Origin: Flavobacteriales bacterium
Lineage (GTDB): Bacteria; Bacteroidota; Bacteroidia; Flavobacteriales_D; Sanyastnellaceae
Assembly: GCA_011524845.1 (NCBI GenBank)
Contig: WTJL01000169.1
Coordinates: 1 to 29,373 of the forward strand
Reading direction: 5' to 3'
Length of the DNA: 29,373 bases
Part shown: one piece after another, positions 1-10,969 of the stretch
Position numbering within the stretch: the stretch's first letter is position 1
Layout: each line of letters starts with the position of its first letter
Position numbers and translations under genes: made by a program
Notes under the pieces: model-generated
What the model was told of the DNA's origin: nothing
The model's input: only the letters and a program-made list of their open reading frames with translations
Databases searched by the model: none

Positions 1-2
1 TC

Positions 3-3000
3 GGTGCGGAGGATGCCACAACGCCTGCCGCCCAGCACCCCTCCTCTGTGTGGGGCGCTACGGATGCTACTCTGCAATTCGTGGGTGGTCCTGGTTCGAA
101 CGTCGTAGTGGACGACGCAACAGGTGGTGCATGGTACACCCCGTTCCCCGGCATTGATGCTGCTGGATCTCATGCAGCTTTTGCTGGTGAGGACCTGCGC
201 GTCTTGGTGGCTCAATTCACCACAGCCGGCACGATGAGCGGACAACTTCAAGTCCAAGTCTTCGTGGAAGGTGACCAAGGCAACGAATTCCGTGACACCT
301 TGCCCTTGTGCACTGGCGACGGAGAATGCGGTGGTTGCACCGACGAAGATGCTGAGAACTACGATTCTGAGGCGCTTTACGACGACGGTTCTTGCCTGTA
401 TGGTGTGCCCGGCTGTACCGATGAAACAGCCTGCAACTACAACGCCGAAGCCACGAACGACGATGGCTCTTGTGAATACATCGCCGAAGGTGCATGCGAC
501 TGTGCCGGCAACGTGCTCGACGAGTGCGGTGTGTGTGGCGGTGAAGGCATCGCCGAAGGTGCTTGTGACTGTGACGGCAACGTGCTCGACGAGTGCGGTG
601 TGTGCGGTGGCGACGGCATCGCCGAAGGTGCATGCGACTGTGACGGCAACGTGCTCGACGAGTGCGGTGTGTGTGGTGGATCAGGTGTGGATGCCGACAT
701 GGATGGCATCTGCGACGACATCGACGACTGCGTAGGCGAGTACGACGCTTGCGGAATCTGCAACGGCCCCGGCGCCATCTACGATTGTGGATGTGAAGGC
801 ATCGCGGAAGGCGCATGTGACTGCGATGGCAACGTGCTCGACGAGTGCGGTGTGTGCGGTGGCGACGGCATCGCGGAAGGTGCGTGTGACTGCGACGGCA
901 ACGTGCTCGACGAGTGCGGTGTGTGCGGTGGCGAAGGCATCGCGGAAGGCGACTGCGACTGTGACGGAAACCAGCTCGACGCCTTGGGCGTGTGTGGCGG
1001 TGACTGCACTGCTGACGCCGATGCCGATGGCATTTGCGACGACGTTGACGAGTGCGTTGGCGAATACGACGAGTGCGGCATCTGCAACGGTCCCGGTGCG
1101 ACCGGCGACTGCGGTTGCGACGGCATCGCAGAAGGCGATTGCGACTGTGACGGAAACCAGCTCGACGCCCTCGGTGAGTGCGGTGGAGACTGTGCGGCCG
1201 ACGCAGACGGCGACGGCATCTGTGACGACGAAGACGATTGTGTCGGTGCATACGACGAATGCGGCGTGTGCAACGGTGATGGCATTGGCGAAGGCGAGTG
1301 CGATTGCGACGGCAACGTGATTGATGCGTTGGGTGAATGCGGCGGAGGATGTGCTGCAGACGCCGACGCGGACGGCATTTGTGACGATGTGGACCCATGT
1401 GTGGGTGAGATCGACGAGTGCGGCATTTGCAACGGTCCTGGCGCCGTGTACGACTGCGGATGTTCAGACATTCCAGCCGGCGACTGCGACTGCGAAGGCA
1501 CGGAATTGGATGCCATCGGCGAGTGCGGCGGTGACTGCAACGCTGACGCGGATGCCGACGGCATTTGCGACGACGAAGACGACTGCTTGGACGTGAACCA
1601 AAACGGCACCTGCGACGACGAAGAAACAGGTGACGATTGCTTCCACGACAGCGACGACGACGGCATCGTGGACTGCGAAGATTCTTGCCCATTTGGTGAC
1701 TTCGACAACGACGGCATCTGTGACGCCGAGGACCCATGTGTGGGTGTGGTCGACGTCTTGGGCATTTGCAACGGCCACTGTTTCTTCAACGTGGACGGTG
1801 ACTTCATTTGTGACGATGTGGACAACTGCATTGACACGGAAGCTTGCAACTACAACGATCCTTCCAACGGTGAGTGCTTGTACCTCGACACCTGCGGTGT
1901 CTGTGGAGGTCCTGGCGACGTGTACGAGTGCGGCTGTGCCGACATTCCTGCCGGCGACTGCGACTGTGAGGGCAACCAGCTCGACCAGTGCGGCGTGTGC
2001 GGTGGAGACGGCACGTCTTGCCTCGGCTGCATCGACGCGGAAGCTTGCAACTACGACGAGACTGCCACCATCGACGATGGCTCTTGCTACTTCGCCGACC
2101 AGTGTGGCGTGTGCGACGGTGACGGCACCTCTTGCTTGGGTTGCATTGACGCGGAAGCCTGCAACTACGACGAGACTGCCACCATCGACGATGGCTCTTG
2201 CTACTTCGCCGACCAGTGTGGCGTGTGCGACGGTGACGGAACATCTTGCCTCGGTTGCACCGACAGCGGAGCATGCAACTACGACGAGACAGCCACCATC
2301 GACGACGCGTCTTGCTTGTACCTTGACGAGTGCGGCGAGTGTGGTGGAGAAGGCACCCTCGGTTGCACGGACGAAATGGCCTGCAATTTTGACGCCGACG
2401 CCGACTGCGACGACGAGTCTTGCCAGTACAACGACGCGTGCGGCAACTGCGGCGGAGACGCCTACGCAGGTTGCACCGATGAAATGGCCTGCAACTACGA
2501 CGCTGGTGCAGGATGCGACGACGAGTCTTGCTTGTACTTGGACGAGTGCGGCGAATGCGGCGGTGAGGGAACCCTCGGCTGCACAGACGCAGAAGCCTGC
2601 AACTACGATGCGGACGCTGACTGTGACGACGAGTCTTGCTTGTACAACGACGTCTGCGGAAACTGCGACGGCGACGCGTACGCTGGTTGCACCGACCCTG
2701 CAGCCTGCAACTACGACGCAGGAGCAGGTTGCGACGACGGTTCTTGCTTGATGACCGACTGCATGGGCAACTGTGGCGGTGGCATCTTCCCTGAAGGATG
2801 TCAGTACCCTGAGTCTGAGCTCTACGGTCGCGAATTGGCGGTGTTCTCTGAGTGCGAAAGCGGCTTCGAAAACGGAAGCGTGGTGGTGCTCGAATCCAAC
2901 AACACCATTGTTCAGTACGCCGACGGTGCTTCCCTCGTGGTGGGTACTTGGTCTTACGACGAGTGCCTCTGCGCAGCAGGCATGGACGCGTTGCTCATCG

Positions 3001-6000
3001 ACCTCTACTTGCCACTCGATTGCGAAGCATTCCAGTTGGCAGTGGACGGTGACGGTGTCATCAGCCAGAACGACCTCGACGAATGCGATTGCGGCGTCGA
3101 AATCATCGACAACGAAGAGTACTTCTGCTCCATCGACTTCTTGGACGATCTCGAAGAAGAAGTGTCTGTGGAATGTGCAGAAGACCTCCCCACAGGTTGC
3201 GACCCTGAGTTCGCTGCCGTGGACACGTGCACGGATGAAATCTTGGTGTGTGCCTTCAACGACGGCATGACCGGATACACGACCTACGACGTGATCACTG
3301 CTGAAGGCCCTGGCGCCGACGCAGCGATTCGCATCTACGGTTTGAGCGCTCAGACCGACTGCTTGAGCGACTACTTCGTGGAAGACGAAGCCAACCCCTT
3401 GACGTTGTCTGTCTTCAGCAACGGAACGGCTCGTTTGACGGGTGTGGTTCACAACGACGTGACCCCCTCGATCACCTACGCAGTGGACATGCAGTTCAAC
3501 CACGGCCAAGACGCCGACGAGTGGTTGGCTGAAAGCCCTGCCCACGGTCTCTTGACCAACTGGCAGTGCGACATCGATCCTGCAGCGATTGACGTGTACG
3601 ACATGGTGAACACGCTCTCACGCCTCACGCGTTTGGACGAAAGCCATGAAGGAGAAGTCATCTTCTTGAACCACATGCCTGTGTCTCTCAACAAGCGTTT
3701 CCAGCTTGGTGTGGGAGGAAACAACCACAACTGCAACGACGGCTTCGGCGGTTGGTTCGGTTGGGAAGGTGTGTTCAACGGTGAGCCTGTGGCCGGTTTC
3801 TCTGGCGACGTGATTGCCGATGTGACCAACCCTGTGTTCTTCGACACCTTCTGCGGAGACGAGTTTGTTCAGGCCACGTACGGTGTGTTCAACCTCGCCG
3901 AAAACTCTGCCGAGACGGTGACCCAGACGTTCTCTGTGAACGACACGCAAGCGCCTGAGTTTGTGTCTTGCCCTGAGGACATCAGCATCGAATTGTCTGC
4001 CCTCGAGTGCGGCAGCTTCGACGCCATTGACGCCATGTTCCCCGTCCCCTGCTTGGAGACCACGGACAACTGCGCCAACTGGGATCCGATGTACGAAGGT
4101 TGCAACGAGCCAGCGAACGCTTGCGGCTCTGTGACATTCACTCAGATCAACAGCCAGATCGACGACTGCCCCTTCATCATGGTGGTGGAGCGTCAGTGGG
4201 TGGCCAACGACGGTTTCAACACGACGGTTTGCACACAGACCATCACAGTGACCGACACAGAAGGTCCAACCTTCACGGCCAACGTTGAAGACACCTTGTC
4301 TTGCGACGACTTGAACGAAATGAAGGCCACTGCCGACGATTGTTCTGGTGTGGTGAGCTTGACGTTCACCCAAGACTTGCAGAGCGGCACATGCAGCAAC
4401 CCTGGCAGCGTGTCTCGTACCTACACCGCCATTGACGGTTGTGGCAACGTGACCACGTTCGACCAGATCCTCAACGTGATCGACGAAGAAGCACCTGTGG
4501 TGATGGCTTCTGAGGTCTTTGTGGACTGCGACGCCTACAGCTCTTCTGAATTGTACCCACTCATCATCACCGACTGCGCGCTTCGCGAGTGGACGGAAGG
4601 TGAAGACGGCGTTTGGACTTCAACGTTCAACGAGAACTGGTCCACCATCTACGACGACATCAACTCTCCAGTGGAGGTCGAGTGGACGGACTCTATGCCA
4701 GTGTTGGGCGAGGGCACGTGCTACACGGTGACCCGTACGGTGACAGCCACAGACAACTGCGGCAACGCCACCACGATGAGCTACCCCATCAACATCAGCG
4801 ACACCACTGCCCCTGTCATCACAGCAGCGCCTGTGTTGAACATTGAGTGCAGCGCTTACTTGGGAGACAGCTTCCAAGGCGACGATGTGGTTTCTTACGC
4901 AGTGACTGCTCCTAGCGGAAACGGCGTGGGATCCTCTGTGGAGATCAGCGACGAATCCAACGATTGGTTTGGCCAAACGTCATTCCAGGTGGAAGACGAT
5001 TGCACATTCAACGACCTCTACGCCGCTGGCGGAGGAGCCGTGTCTGTGACTTGGCAGGACGAATACACAGAAGGTGAAACCTGTGCCGGTGCAGTGTACA
5101 CACGTACCTACACAGCCACAGACGCATGCGGCAACTCTGCCTCTGCCACCCAAACTGTGATCATCGTCGACAACTCTGCGCCTACGTGGAACGAAGGCTT
5201 CTACATGGAAGTCGTCGCGTGCGAAGACGCAACGGAAGAGTTGATGAACGACGCGAGCCACTTGCCTCTGTACGAAGCCATGGACAACTGCGACGACGAC
5301 CTCGAATACACGGTCTCTGCAGTGTTGACCAGCGGCGGATGCATCGGTTCTTGGCACCGGACGTGGACGGCCACGGACGACTGCGACAACGCTTCTCAGT
5401 TCGAGCAGACCATCATGGTCTACGACAGCATCGCACCTGAGTTTGTCTACTTCCCTGCGGACACCGTGATGGAAGTGAACAGCTTCTGCGACGCCAACTA
5501 CATCGTGGAAGTGACCGGTGGTGAGCCAACGGCACAAGACAACTGCGACATCTGCTTCGACCAAAACCTCGAGATCTCCTACGTGGAGGTGACGAGCGTG
5601 GATTGCGGTGAAGACGCAGCAAGCGGATCACGCACCGTGACCCGCACGTGGACGGTGACCGACCAGTGTGGCAACTCTACGTCACGCGACCAGGTCATCA
5701 CGATCGAAGACAACCAAGCACCAAGCTTCAACGAAGCGTTGCCTGGCGACATGACCTTGGAGTGCGCTGCCGACGACGCAGCGGTGTTGACGGCTTCTGA
5801 CAACTGCTCTGACGTGGAGGTGATCTTCACTGCAGACACAGTGGCCGGCGACTGCCCCAACCGTTACACGGTGACGCGCAACTGGTACGTTGAGGATGCC
5901 TGCGGCAACAGCAACAGCCACCAGCAAATCATCACCGTCATCGACGAAACGGCACCCATTTTCAACGAAGAGTTGCCGCAAGACATGACGTTGGATTGCA

Positions 6001-9000
6001 CGCACCCTGAAGCAGCGGTGTTGACGGCATTTGACAACTGCACGGACGTGACTGTGGAGTTCGAGGAAGCCATCGAAGCTGGGGACTGCCCCAACCGCTA
6101 CACGGTGACGCGCACTTGGACTGCAGCCGACCTCTGTGGCCACGTGACTTCGCACACGCAAGTCATCACGGTCATCGACGAAACTGCACCTACAGGTACA
6201 GCTCACCCCGTGATTGTGGACTGCGCGGAATACCGCGACTTCCCTGACCAGCTCTTCGGCGACGTCGAAGCGATGGACAACTGCGACGACGACGTGACCA
6301 TCACCTGGAACGTGGACGCGGACAGCCTCTTGGGCGTGAACGCTGAAATCAACGTTCCTGCGTCAAGCACAGGTTGCTACACCATCCTCCGCACGTACAC
6401 GTTGACGGACGACTGCGGCAACAGCACGGACATCGAGCAAATCATCACCGTGGAAGACAACACCGCGCCGATCTACCAGGGCCCAGGAGAGATCTCCATC
6501 CCTGCAGAGCAGTACGACGTGGAAGGTGCTTACCCACCGGACGTGATTTGGGCTTACCCCCTCGACTCTGAGTGGGACAGCTTCCCAATCGGATACATCG
6601 ACGACTGCAGCGGGTTCTTCACTTGCACTGCAGAAGATTACCCGATCTCAGGTGGATGTGCCAACCAGCCACACCCCATGTACAACGGTCAATCGGCCAC
6701 GTACTTGCGTGTGTTGACGATCACCGACTTGTGCGGCAACTCGTCAACGGCTGAAGTCATCATCAACTTGATCGACGACGACGCTCCAGTGTTTGACTTC
6801 GTTCCTGAAGACTACACGGTGTCTTGCGCGGAGGACGTGGTGCTCCTCGACCCCATCTACTCTGACCTCGTGGACGAGAACTTGGATGTGGACTACGAAG
6901 AAGCCACCATGAACCTCGGATGCGAGCACAACTACTTGTTGATTCGCCACTGGACAGTGACTGACAACTGCGACAACTCTGTTGAAGCAGAACAAATCAT
7001 CACGGTCAAGGACGAAACTGCGCCTAGCATCGACGCTGAGGCTCAAGACATGACCATTGAGTGTGCTGGCGCATTCAGCAACGACGAAGCCTTGGCCCTC
7101 TGGTTGGCCGACCTCGGCGGAGCTGAAGCTTCAGACAACTGCAACGGCGACCTCTCTTGGAGCATGAGCCCAGCAGTCCCAGCCTTGAGCGACGATTGCG
7201 GCAACACAGGCTCTGTGACGGTGACCTTCACTGCCACGGACGTGTGCGGCAACGCAAGCAGCACCACGGCCACGTTCACGGTGGAAGACACCACGGCTCC
7301 TGTCATCACGGCAGAGGCTGCAGACGAAACCATCGAGTGCGGAGACTACAGCTACATCGTGCAGGTTGAACAGACCATCCAAGTGGAAGAAATCATCCAG
7401 GTGGAGCAAGAAGTCATCTCCGAAGACGAAGACGGAAACGAGATCATCGACACCATCTTGGTGGACCAAATCATCCTGGTCGATGCCATCATCCTCGTGG
7501 ACTCTACCATCACGGTGACCGACGCTGAAGAGTTTGCTGCTTGGTTGGAGACCCGCGGTGGAGCCACGGGTGCCGACGACGCTTGCGGCGACGTGACTTG
7601 GAGCACCATCCCCGCCAACCCAACGTTGAGCGATGGATGCGGTGAAACTGGAGCAGTGACGGTGACTTGGGTGTTGACCGACGAGTGCGGCTTGACCGAC
7701 AGCACGACGGCCACCTTCACCATCGAAGACACCACGGATCCTGAATTCACCATGGTGCCTGAGAACTACACTGCAGAGTGCAGCGACGAACACCCCTTGG
7801 ACATGGCGCAAGCCACGGACATCTGCGGTGTGGTGGACATCACGGTGGACGCGGACACCACGTACGCGAACTGTGCCAGCAACTACGTTGTGACGCGCAC
7901 GTTCACGGCAACGGACGCTTGCGGAAACCAAGCCACTGCCCAGCAGTTCATCACCATCCAGGACACCACAGCGCCTCAATTCACTGAGGATCTGCCTGGA
8001 GACGTGACGCTCGACTGTGCAGCAGACGACGCAGCTGTGTTGACGGCTACCGACAACTGTTCTGACGTGGAGGTCATCTTCACTGCAGACACGGTCGCCG
8101 GTGACTGCCCCAACCGTTACACCATCACGCGCATGTGGTCCGTGGCCGACGAGTGCGGCAACGCCACAAGCCACACCCAAGTGGTGACGGTGGTGGACGA
8201 AACTGCACCTGTCTTCAACGAAGAGTTGCCTGCCGACTTGACGTTGGATTGCTCCGCAGACGACGCAGCGGTCTTGACCGCCTCTGACAACTGCTCTGAC
8301 GTGGAGGTCATCTTCACTGCAGACACCTTGTTGGGTGATTGCGCCAACAACTACACGATCACGCGCATCTGGTCTGTGACGGACGACTGCGGCAACAACA
8401 CCAGCCACACCCAAGTGGTGACGGTTGTCGACGACGAAGATCCAATGTTGTCTGGTACGCCTACCGACAACAACGGTTCCCTCGAAGTGCCTTACGACAG
8501 CTACTGTGGTGAAGTCACGGTGCCTGCGATTGCAGACATCATGGCCATGGACAACTGTGGAGACGCGACCGCATGTGACATGGAGGCCAACGAGGCCGCC
8601 AACGCCATGATCGCGGACGCACTCGGCGCAGATGTGTTGGGCGCAGACGGTCACCTCGACTACTTGACTGGTGTGACCACCAGCGGCATCAACAACCCGT
8701 TCGTGACGGGTGGGGCCTACACGTTGGGCAGCATCACCACACCAGCCACGTTGCTGGACGGTGAAACCTGCGACAACAACCCCAACCAGCACGGCATGCG
8801 CATGTTCAACTTCGCCGGCGGCGAGTACTACATGACAGACGCGGGTGCCATGACGAAGGACCTCGAGAACGGCACGGCCACCATCTCCATGACGGTGTCG
8901 AACGACTTGGGTGCATTCGAAGTGGAAGCCACGTTCGGTACGTTGATGAACTGGGAAGAGTGGTGCGCGACACCAGGTCTCGAGAGCTACAAGTCCGACT

Positions 9001-9698
9001 GCGGCTTGGGCGATCACATGACGTGGGATTACGCCATCCTCCTCGACGGAACCATCACGGGTGTCGAAGGAACGGCCTTCGAAGGCACGGAGCTCGCCAT
9101 GAGCCACCAGCCTGCGAACCAGTACTTCGGATTCCAGTTTGGTGTGGGTGCCAACAACAAGAACGCCTCTTACGGCTTCAGCGGTTGGTACTACTACGGC
9201 GGTACGTTGGTGATCGACGGTGAGGAAAGCAGCGCCATGGGCTCTGGTGACCTCTTCGGTGACCTCGACTTCTTGCAGGCTTGGGAGACCACGTTCCACT
9301 ACTGCGCAGTTGACGCATGCGGAAACGACGTGTCTTACAGCTACAGCCTGACCAGCACGGGTGAATTGCAAGACCCACTCCTCGATGGAGGTGTTGAGGG
9401 TGAGCAAGATGCCGAAGCCACGTACGTCAAGGATTTGATCGAAATCACGACACTCTACCCGAACCCCGCTTCAACACAAGCCGTGTTGACCGTGGAGGCG
9501 AAGGAAGATGTGAGCGCCAAGGTCCAAATCTTTACGATGGACGGGACCCTCGTTGAACAGGTGTTCGACGGACAACTGTACGAGGGATGGCCAACGACCT
9601 TGGAGCTCGACGTAAACAGCTTGGAGTCTGGTCTGTACCAGATCCGAGTGAGCTCGAAGGACTTCGTGACGACGAAGAAGTTGCTCGTCATTGAGTAA
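3..9698 (+). CDS. Giant T9SS-secreted, acidic Cys-rich repeat protein (5'-partial, >=3231 aa): Cys/Asp repeats, TSP3-like DxDxDG motifs, ~18 HYR-like units, C-terminal T9SS type A sorting domain
   Basis: The frame is open from nt 3 ([18 protein letters not shown]...), so the listed GTG at 48 is not the true start. Repeats: GCTDxxACNYxxxAxxDDGSC, [16 protein letters not shown], DADxDGICDDxDxC, then ~78-110 aa units ending TRxWTAxDxCGNxSxxxQxITVxDxxAP. The C-terminus (~9438-9695) TLYPNPAS...VQIFTMDG...[11 protein letters not shown]...TKKLLVIE has the typical Por/T9SS CTD pattern. Confidence 0.93.
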   Translation, partial: GAEDATTPAAQHPSSVWGATDATLQFVGGPGSNVVVDDATGGAWYTPFPGIDAAGSHAAFAGEDLRVLVAQFTTAGTMSGQLQVQVFVEGDQGNEFRDTLPLCTGDGECGGCTDEDAENYDSEALYDDGSCLYGVPGCTDETACNYNAEATNDDGSCEYIAEGACDCAGNVLDECGVCGGEGIAEGACDCDGNVLDECGVCGGDGIAEGACDCDGNVLDECGVCGGSGVDADMDGICDDIDDCVGEYDACGICNGPGAIYDCGCEGIAEGACDCDGNVLDECGVCGGDGIAEGACDCDGNVLDECGVCGGEGIAEGDCDCDGNQLDALGVCGGDCTADADADGICDDVDECVGEYDECGICNGPGATGDCGCDGIAEGDCDCDGNQLDALGECGGDCAADADGDGICDDEDDCVGAYDECGVCNGDGIGEGECDCDGNVIDALGECGGGCAADADADGICDDVDPCVGEIDECGICNGPGAVYDCGCSDIPAGDCDCEGTELDAIGECGGDCNADADADGICDDEDDCLDVNQNGTCDDEETGDDCFHDSDDDGIVDCEDSCPFGDFDNDGICDAEDPCVGVVDVLGICNGHCFFNVDGDFICDDVDNCIDTEACNYNDPSNGECLYLDTCGVCGGPGDVYECGCADIPAGDCDCEGNQLDQCGVCGGDGTSCLGCIDAEACNYDETATIDDGSCYFADQCGVCDGDGTSCLGCIDAEACNYDETATIDDGSCYFADQCGVCDGDGTSCLGCTDSGACNYDETATIDDASCLYLDECGECGGEGTLGCTDEMACNFDADADCDDESCQYNDACGNCGGDAYAGCTDEMACNYDAGAGCDDESCLYLDECGECGGEGTLGCTDAEACNYDADADCDDESCLYNDVCGNCDGDAYAGCTDPAACNYDAGAGCDDGSCLMTDCMGNCGGGIFPEGCQYPESELYGRELAVFSECESGFENGSVVVLESNNTIVQYADGASLVVGTWSYDECLCAAGMDALLIDLYLPLDCEAFQLAVDGDGVISQNDLDECDCGVEIIDNEEYFCSIDFLDDLEEEVSVECAEDLPTGCDPEFAAVDTCTDEILVCAFNDGMTGYTTYDVITAEGPGADAAIRIYGLSAQTDCLSDYFVEDEANPLTLSVFSNGTARLTGVVHNDVTPSITYAVDMQFNHGQDADEWLAESPAHGLLTNWQCDIDPAAIDVYDMVNTLSRLTRLDESHEGEVIFLNHMPVSLNKRFQLGVGGNNHNCNDGFGGWFGWEGVFNGEPVAGFSGDVIADVTNPVFFDTFCGDEFVQATYGVFNLAENSAETVTQTFSVNDTQAPEFVSCPEDISIELSALECGSFDAIDAMFPVPCLETTDNCANWDPMYEGCNEPANACGSVTFTQINSQIDDCPFIMVVERQWVANDGFNTTVCTQTITVTDTEGPTFTANVEDTLSCDDLNEMKATADDCSGVVSLTFTQDLQSGTCSNPGSVSRTYTAIDGCGNVTTFDQILNVIDEEAPVVMASEVFVDCDAYSSSELYPLIITDCALREWTEGEDGVWTSTFNENWSTIYDDINSPVEVEWTDSMPVLGEGTCYTVTRTVTATDNCGNATTMSYPINISDTTAPVITAAPVLNIECSAYLGDSFQGDDVVSYAVTAPSGNGVGSSVEISDESNDWFGQTSFQVEDDCTFNDLYAAGGGAVSVTWQDEYTEGETCAGAVYTRTYTATDACGNSASATQTVIIVDNSAPTWNEGFYMEVVACEDATEELMNDASHLPLYEAMDNCDDDLEYTVSAVLTSGGCIGSWHRTWTATDDCDNASQFEQTIMVYDSIAPEFVYFPADTVMEVNSFCDANYIVEVTGGEPTAQDNCDICFDQNLEISYVEVTSVDCGEDAASGSRTVTRTWTVTDQCGNSTSRDQVITIEDNQAPSFNEALPGDMTLECAADDAAVLTASDNCSDVEVIFTADTVAGDCPNRYTVTRNWYVEDACGNSNSHQQIITVIDETAPIFNEELPQDMTLDCTHPEAAVLTAFDNCTDVTVEFEEAIEAGDCPNRYTVTRTWTAADLCGHVTSHTQVITVIDETAPTGTAHPVIVDCAEYRDFPDQLFGDVEAMDNCDDDVTITWNVDADSLLGVNAEINVPASSTGCYTILRTYTLTDDCGNSTDIEQIITVEDNTAPIYQGPGEISIPAEQYDVEGAYPPDVIWAYPLDSEWDSFPIGYIDDCSGFFTCTAEDYPISGGCANQPHPMYNGQSATYLRVLTITDLCGNSSTAEVIINLIDDDAPVFDFVPEDYTVSCAEDVVLLDPIYSDLVDENLDVDYEEATMNLGCEHNYLLIRHWTVTDNCDNSVEAEQIITVKDETAPSIDAEAQDMTIECAGAFSNDEALALWLADLGGAEASDNCNGDLSWSMSPAVPALSDDCGNTGSVTVTFTATDVCGNASSTTATFTVEDTTAPVITAEAADETIECGDYSYIVQVEQTIQVEEIIQVEQEVISEDEDGNEIIDTILVDQIILVDAIILVDSTITVTDAEEFAAWLETRGGATGADDACGDVTWSTIPANPTLSDGCGETGAVTVTWVLTDECGLTDSTTATFTIEDTTDPEFTMVPENYTAECSDEHPLDMAQATDICGVVDITVDADTTYANCASNYVVTRTFTATDACGNQATAQQFITIQDTTAPQFTEDLPGDVTLDCAADDAAVLTATDNCSDVEVIFTADTVAGDCPNRYTITRMWSVADECGNATSHTQVVTVVDETAPVFNEELPADLTLDCSADDAAVLTASDNCSDVEVIFTADTLLGDCANNYTITRIWSVTDDCGNNTSHTQVVTVVDDEDPMLSGTPTDNNGSLEVPYDSYCGEVTVPAIADIMAMDNCGDATACDMEANEAANAMIADALGADVLGADGHLDYLTGVTTSGINNPFVTGGAYTLGSITTPATLLDGETCDNNPNQHGMRMFNFAGGEYYMTDAGAMTKDLENGTATISMTVSNDLGAFEVEATFGTLMNWEEWCATPGLESYKSDCGLGDHMTWDYAILLDGTITGVEGTAFEGTELAMSHQPANQYFGFQFGVGANNKNASYGFSGWYYYGGTLVIDGEESSAMGSGDLFGDLDFLQAWETTFHYCAVDACGNDVSYSYSLTSTGELQDPLLDGGVEGEQDAEATYVKDLIEITTLYPNPASTQAVLTVEAKEDVSAKVQIFTMDGTLVEQVFDGQLYEGWPTTLELDVNSLESGLYQIRVSSKDFVTTKKLLVIE
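480..1007 (+). repeat. Intragenic tandem repeats, 69-nt (23-aa [21 protein letters not shown][DE]G) units in two triplets
   Basis: Units start at 480, 549, 618 and 801, 870, 939 with high DNA identity (e.g. ggcaacgtgctcgacgagtgcggtgtgtg recurs in the first five). Confidence 0.95.
2025..2366 (+). repeat. Three 114-nt (38-aa) tandem units [21 protein letters not shown]...DxCGxCxG
   Basis: 2046-2125 and 2160-2239 are an identical 80-nt stretch at offset 114. Confidence 0.93.
3129..9360 (+). repeat. Array of ~18 HYR-like (Ig-fold, Cys-containing) units; first and last are split by an inserted domain
   Basis: Recurrent AxDNC ... TRxWTAxDxCGN ... QxITVxDxxAP signature counted by eye. Four closely similar 78-aa units at ~5710-6177 and ~7962-8429. 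Confidence 0.8.
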
Positions 9699-9728
9699 CC
9701 CTCCCACTGAGCTTGCGCATAAAAATTG

Positions 9729-9760
9729 GAAGGCCGTCCCTCGGGGCGGCCTTCTTTTTT
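9729..9760 (+). terminator. Intrinsic terminator of the giant gene
   Basis: 11-bp stem GAAGGCCGTCC/GGGCGGCCTTC (one G-U), loop CTCG, followed by T6. Confidence 0.9.
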
Positions 9761-9771
9761 GGTCTTGGTCC

Positions 9772-9779
9772 TAACTTGG
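9772..9779 (+). promoter_or_regulatory. Putative Bacteroidota -7 box variant (TAACTTGG), 5 nt before the ATG at 9785
   Basis: One mismatch to TAnnTTTG; same 4-7 nt spacing to ATG as other boxes in the window; lies just after a terminator. Confidence 0.5.
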
Positions 9780-9784
9780 GGGAC

Positions 9785-10966
9785 ATGATTTGGAAGAACT
9801 GCGCACGGGCCCTGCCCGCTTTGGCCCTCTTGGTCTTTTGTTTTGTCGGTCAAGCTTCGGCACAATCGGAACCTGGCTTCCCGTACAACCCGGACGCCAA
9901 TGGCAACGAGCAAATTGAATCGGGCGATTTGATTGCGTTCTTGACCTACTTCGGATCGCCTTTCCTGCCCTCGGGGGTCTTGCCTGTGGAAGGTGGAGGA
10001 ACCGGGGTGTCGACCGTGGACAGCGCGCGCGCGGTGTTGGGCGTGAGCACCTACCTCGACGTGACGCCTGCCGGCGAGATTGGTCCGCGTGGTGAAGTGA
10101 CGGGGTCGTTGAACATCACCCAGACGTTGGCCCAAGGCTTCGGCACCGTGGCCACCGGATCGTACGCCCATGCGCAGGGTCGAAACACCACCGCCACCGG
10201 GCCGTACAGCTTCGCATGCAACCAAAACAGCACCGCCACTGCGGTGTGCTCCAGCGCCATTGGTGAAGGATCCAGCGCCACCGCCACGGCAGCCCACTCC
10301 CAAGGATTTGGGTCGGAGGCCGGTGGTTTGGCCTCTCATGCAGAGGGGTACTACACCGAAGCCACGAGCAACTACAGCCACAGCGAAGGCTACCGCACCG
10401 ACGCGTACAACACCGCAGCCCATGCAGAAGGCTATCAGAGCTTGGCCAGCGGCCTGTACAGCCACGCAGAGAACCGCAACACCACCGCTTCCGCCACGTG
10501 CGCCCATGCGGAGGGAGAAGGAACGTCGGCCACCGCCGACGCCGCCCACAGTGAAGGGTTCCAATCCGTGGCCAGCGGGTTTGCCTCGCACGCCGAAGGC
10601 TACGAAACGACCGCGTCTGGCTTGTACAGCCACGCGTCCGGCCGCACGACTGCCGCCACCGCCAACAGCTCAGCGGCCATCGGCTACAACTTGGTGGCCG
10701 ACCAAGAAAACAGCACCGTGGTCGGTCAATGGAATTTGGAAGGCCAAACCAACGTGCTCTTCGCCGTCGGCAACGGCGCGGATGCCGACAATCGCAGCGA
10801 CGCCTTGCAAGTCGACCAACAAGGCAACCTGACGGCGAGTGGCAAAGTCATCGCAAGCGGACAGGACCTCCTCCTGTTGATCACCACCCTTCAGACCCAA
10901 GTGGACACCTTGACGGCCCAACTCGGCGCCATGCAAGCCCAACTCGACGCCCTCGGCGGGAACTGA
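9785..10966 (+). CDS. Secreted YadA-head/phage tail-fibre-like trimeric adhesin-like protein (393 aa)
   Basis: The listed ORF start (9713) runs through the terminator; ATG 9785 gives a signal peptide (ALPALALLVFCFVGQASA|Q). Then PYNPDANGNEQIESGDLIAFLTYFG (EF-hand/dockerin-like), LPVEGGGTGVSTVDSARAVLGV, 14 x 14-aa GxxTxAxGxxSHAE repeats (10136-10723), a LFAVGNG...RSDAL neck-like motif and a C-terminal heptad coil. Confidence 0.85.
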   Translation: MIWKNCARALPALALLVFCFVGQASAQSEPGFPYNPDANGNEQIESGDLIAFLTYFGSPFLPSGVLPVEGGGTGVSTVDSARAVLGVSTYLDVTPAGEIGPRGEVTGSLNITQTLAQGFGTVATGSYAHAQGRNTTATGPYSFACNQNSTATAVCSSAIGEGSSATATAAHSQGFGSEAGGLASHAEGYYTEATSNYSHSEGYRTDAYNTAAHAEGYQSLASGLYSHAENRNTTASATCAHAEGEGTSATADAAHSEGFQSVASGFASHAEGYETTASGLYSHASGRTTAATANSSAAIGYNLVADQENSTVVGQWNLEGQTNVLFAVGNGADADNRSDALQVDQQGNLTASGKVIASGQDLLLLITTLQTQVDTLTAQLGAMQAQLDALGGN

Positions 10967-10969
10967 GGG

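Noticed and set aside
480-2710. Regularly spaced DNA repeats as a possible CRISPR array
   Set aside because: They are in-frame coding repeats with synonymous variation, no unique spacers and no cas genes.
217-9407. Long antisense and alternative-frame ORFs over the giant gene (e.g. 1464-3545, 7131-9407, 217-1737 on the minus strand)
   Set aside because: Expected shadows of a GC-rich, codon-biased, repetitive gene; their translations mirror the repeats (V/A/S/P/R-rich) and show no motifs.
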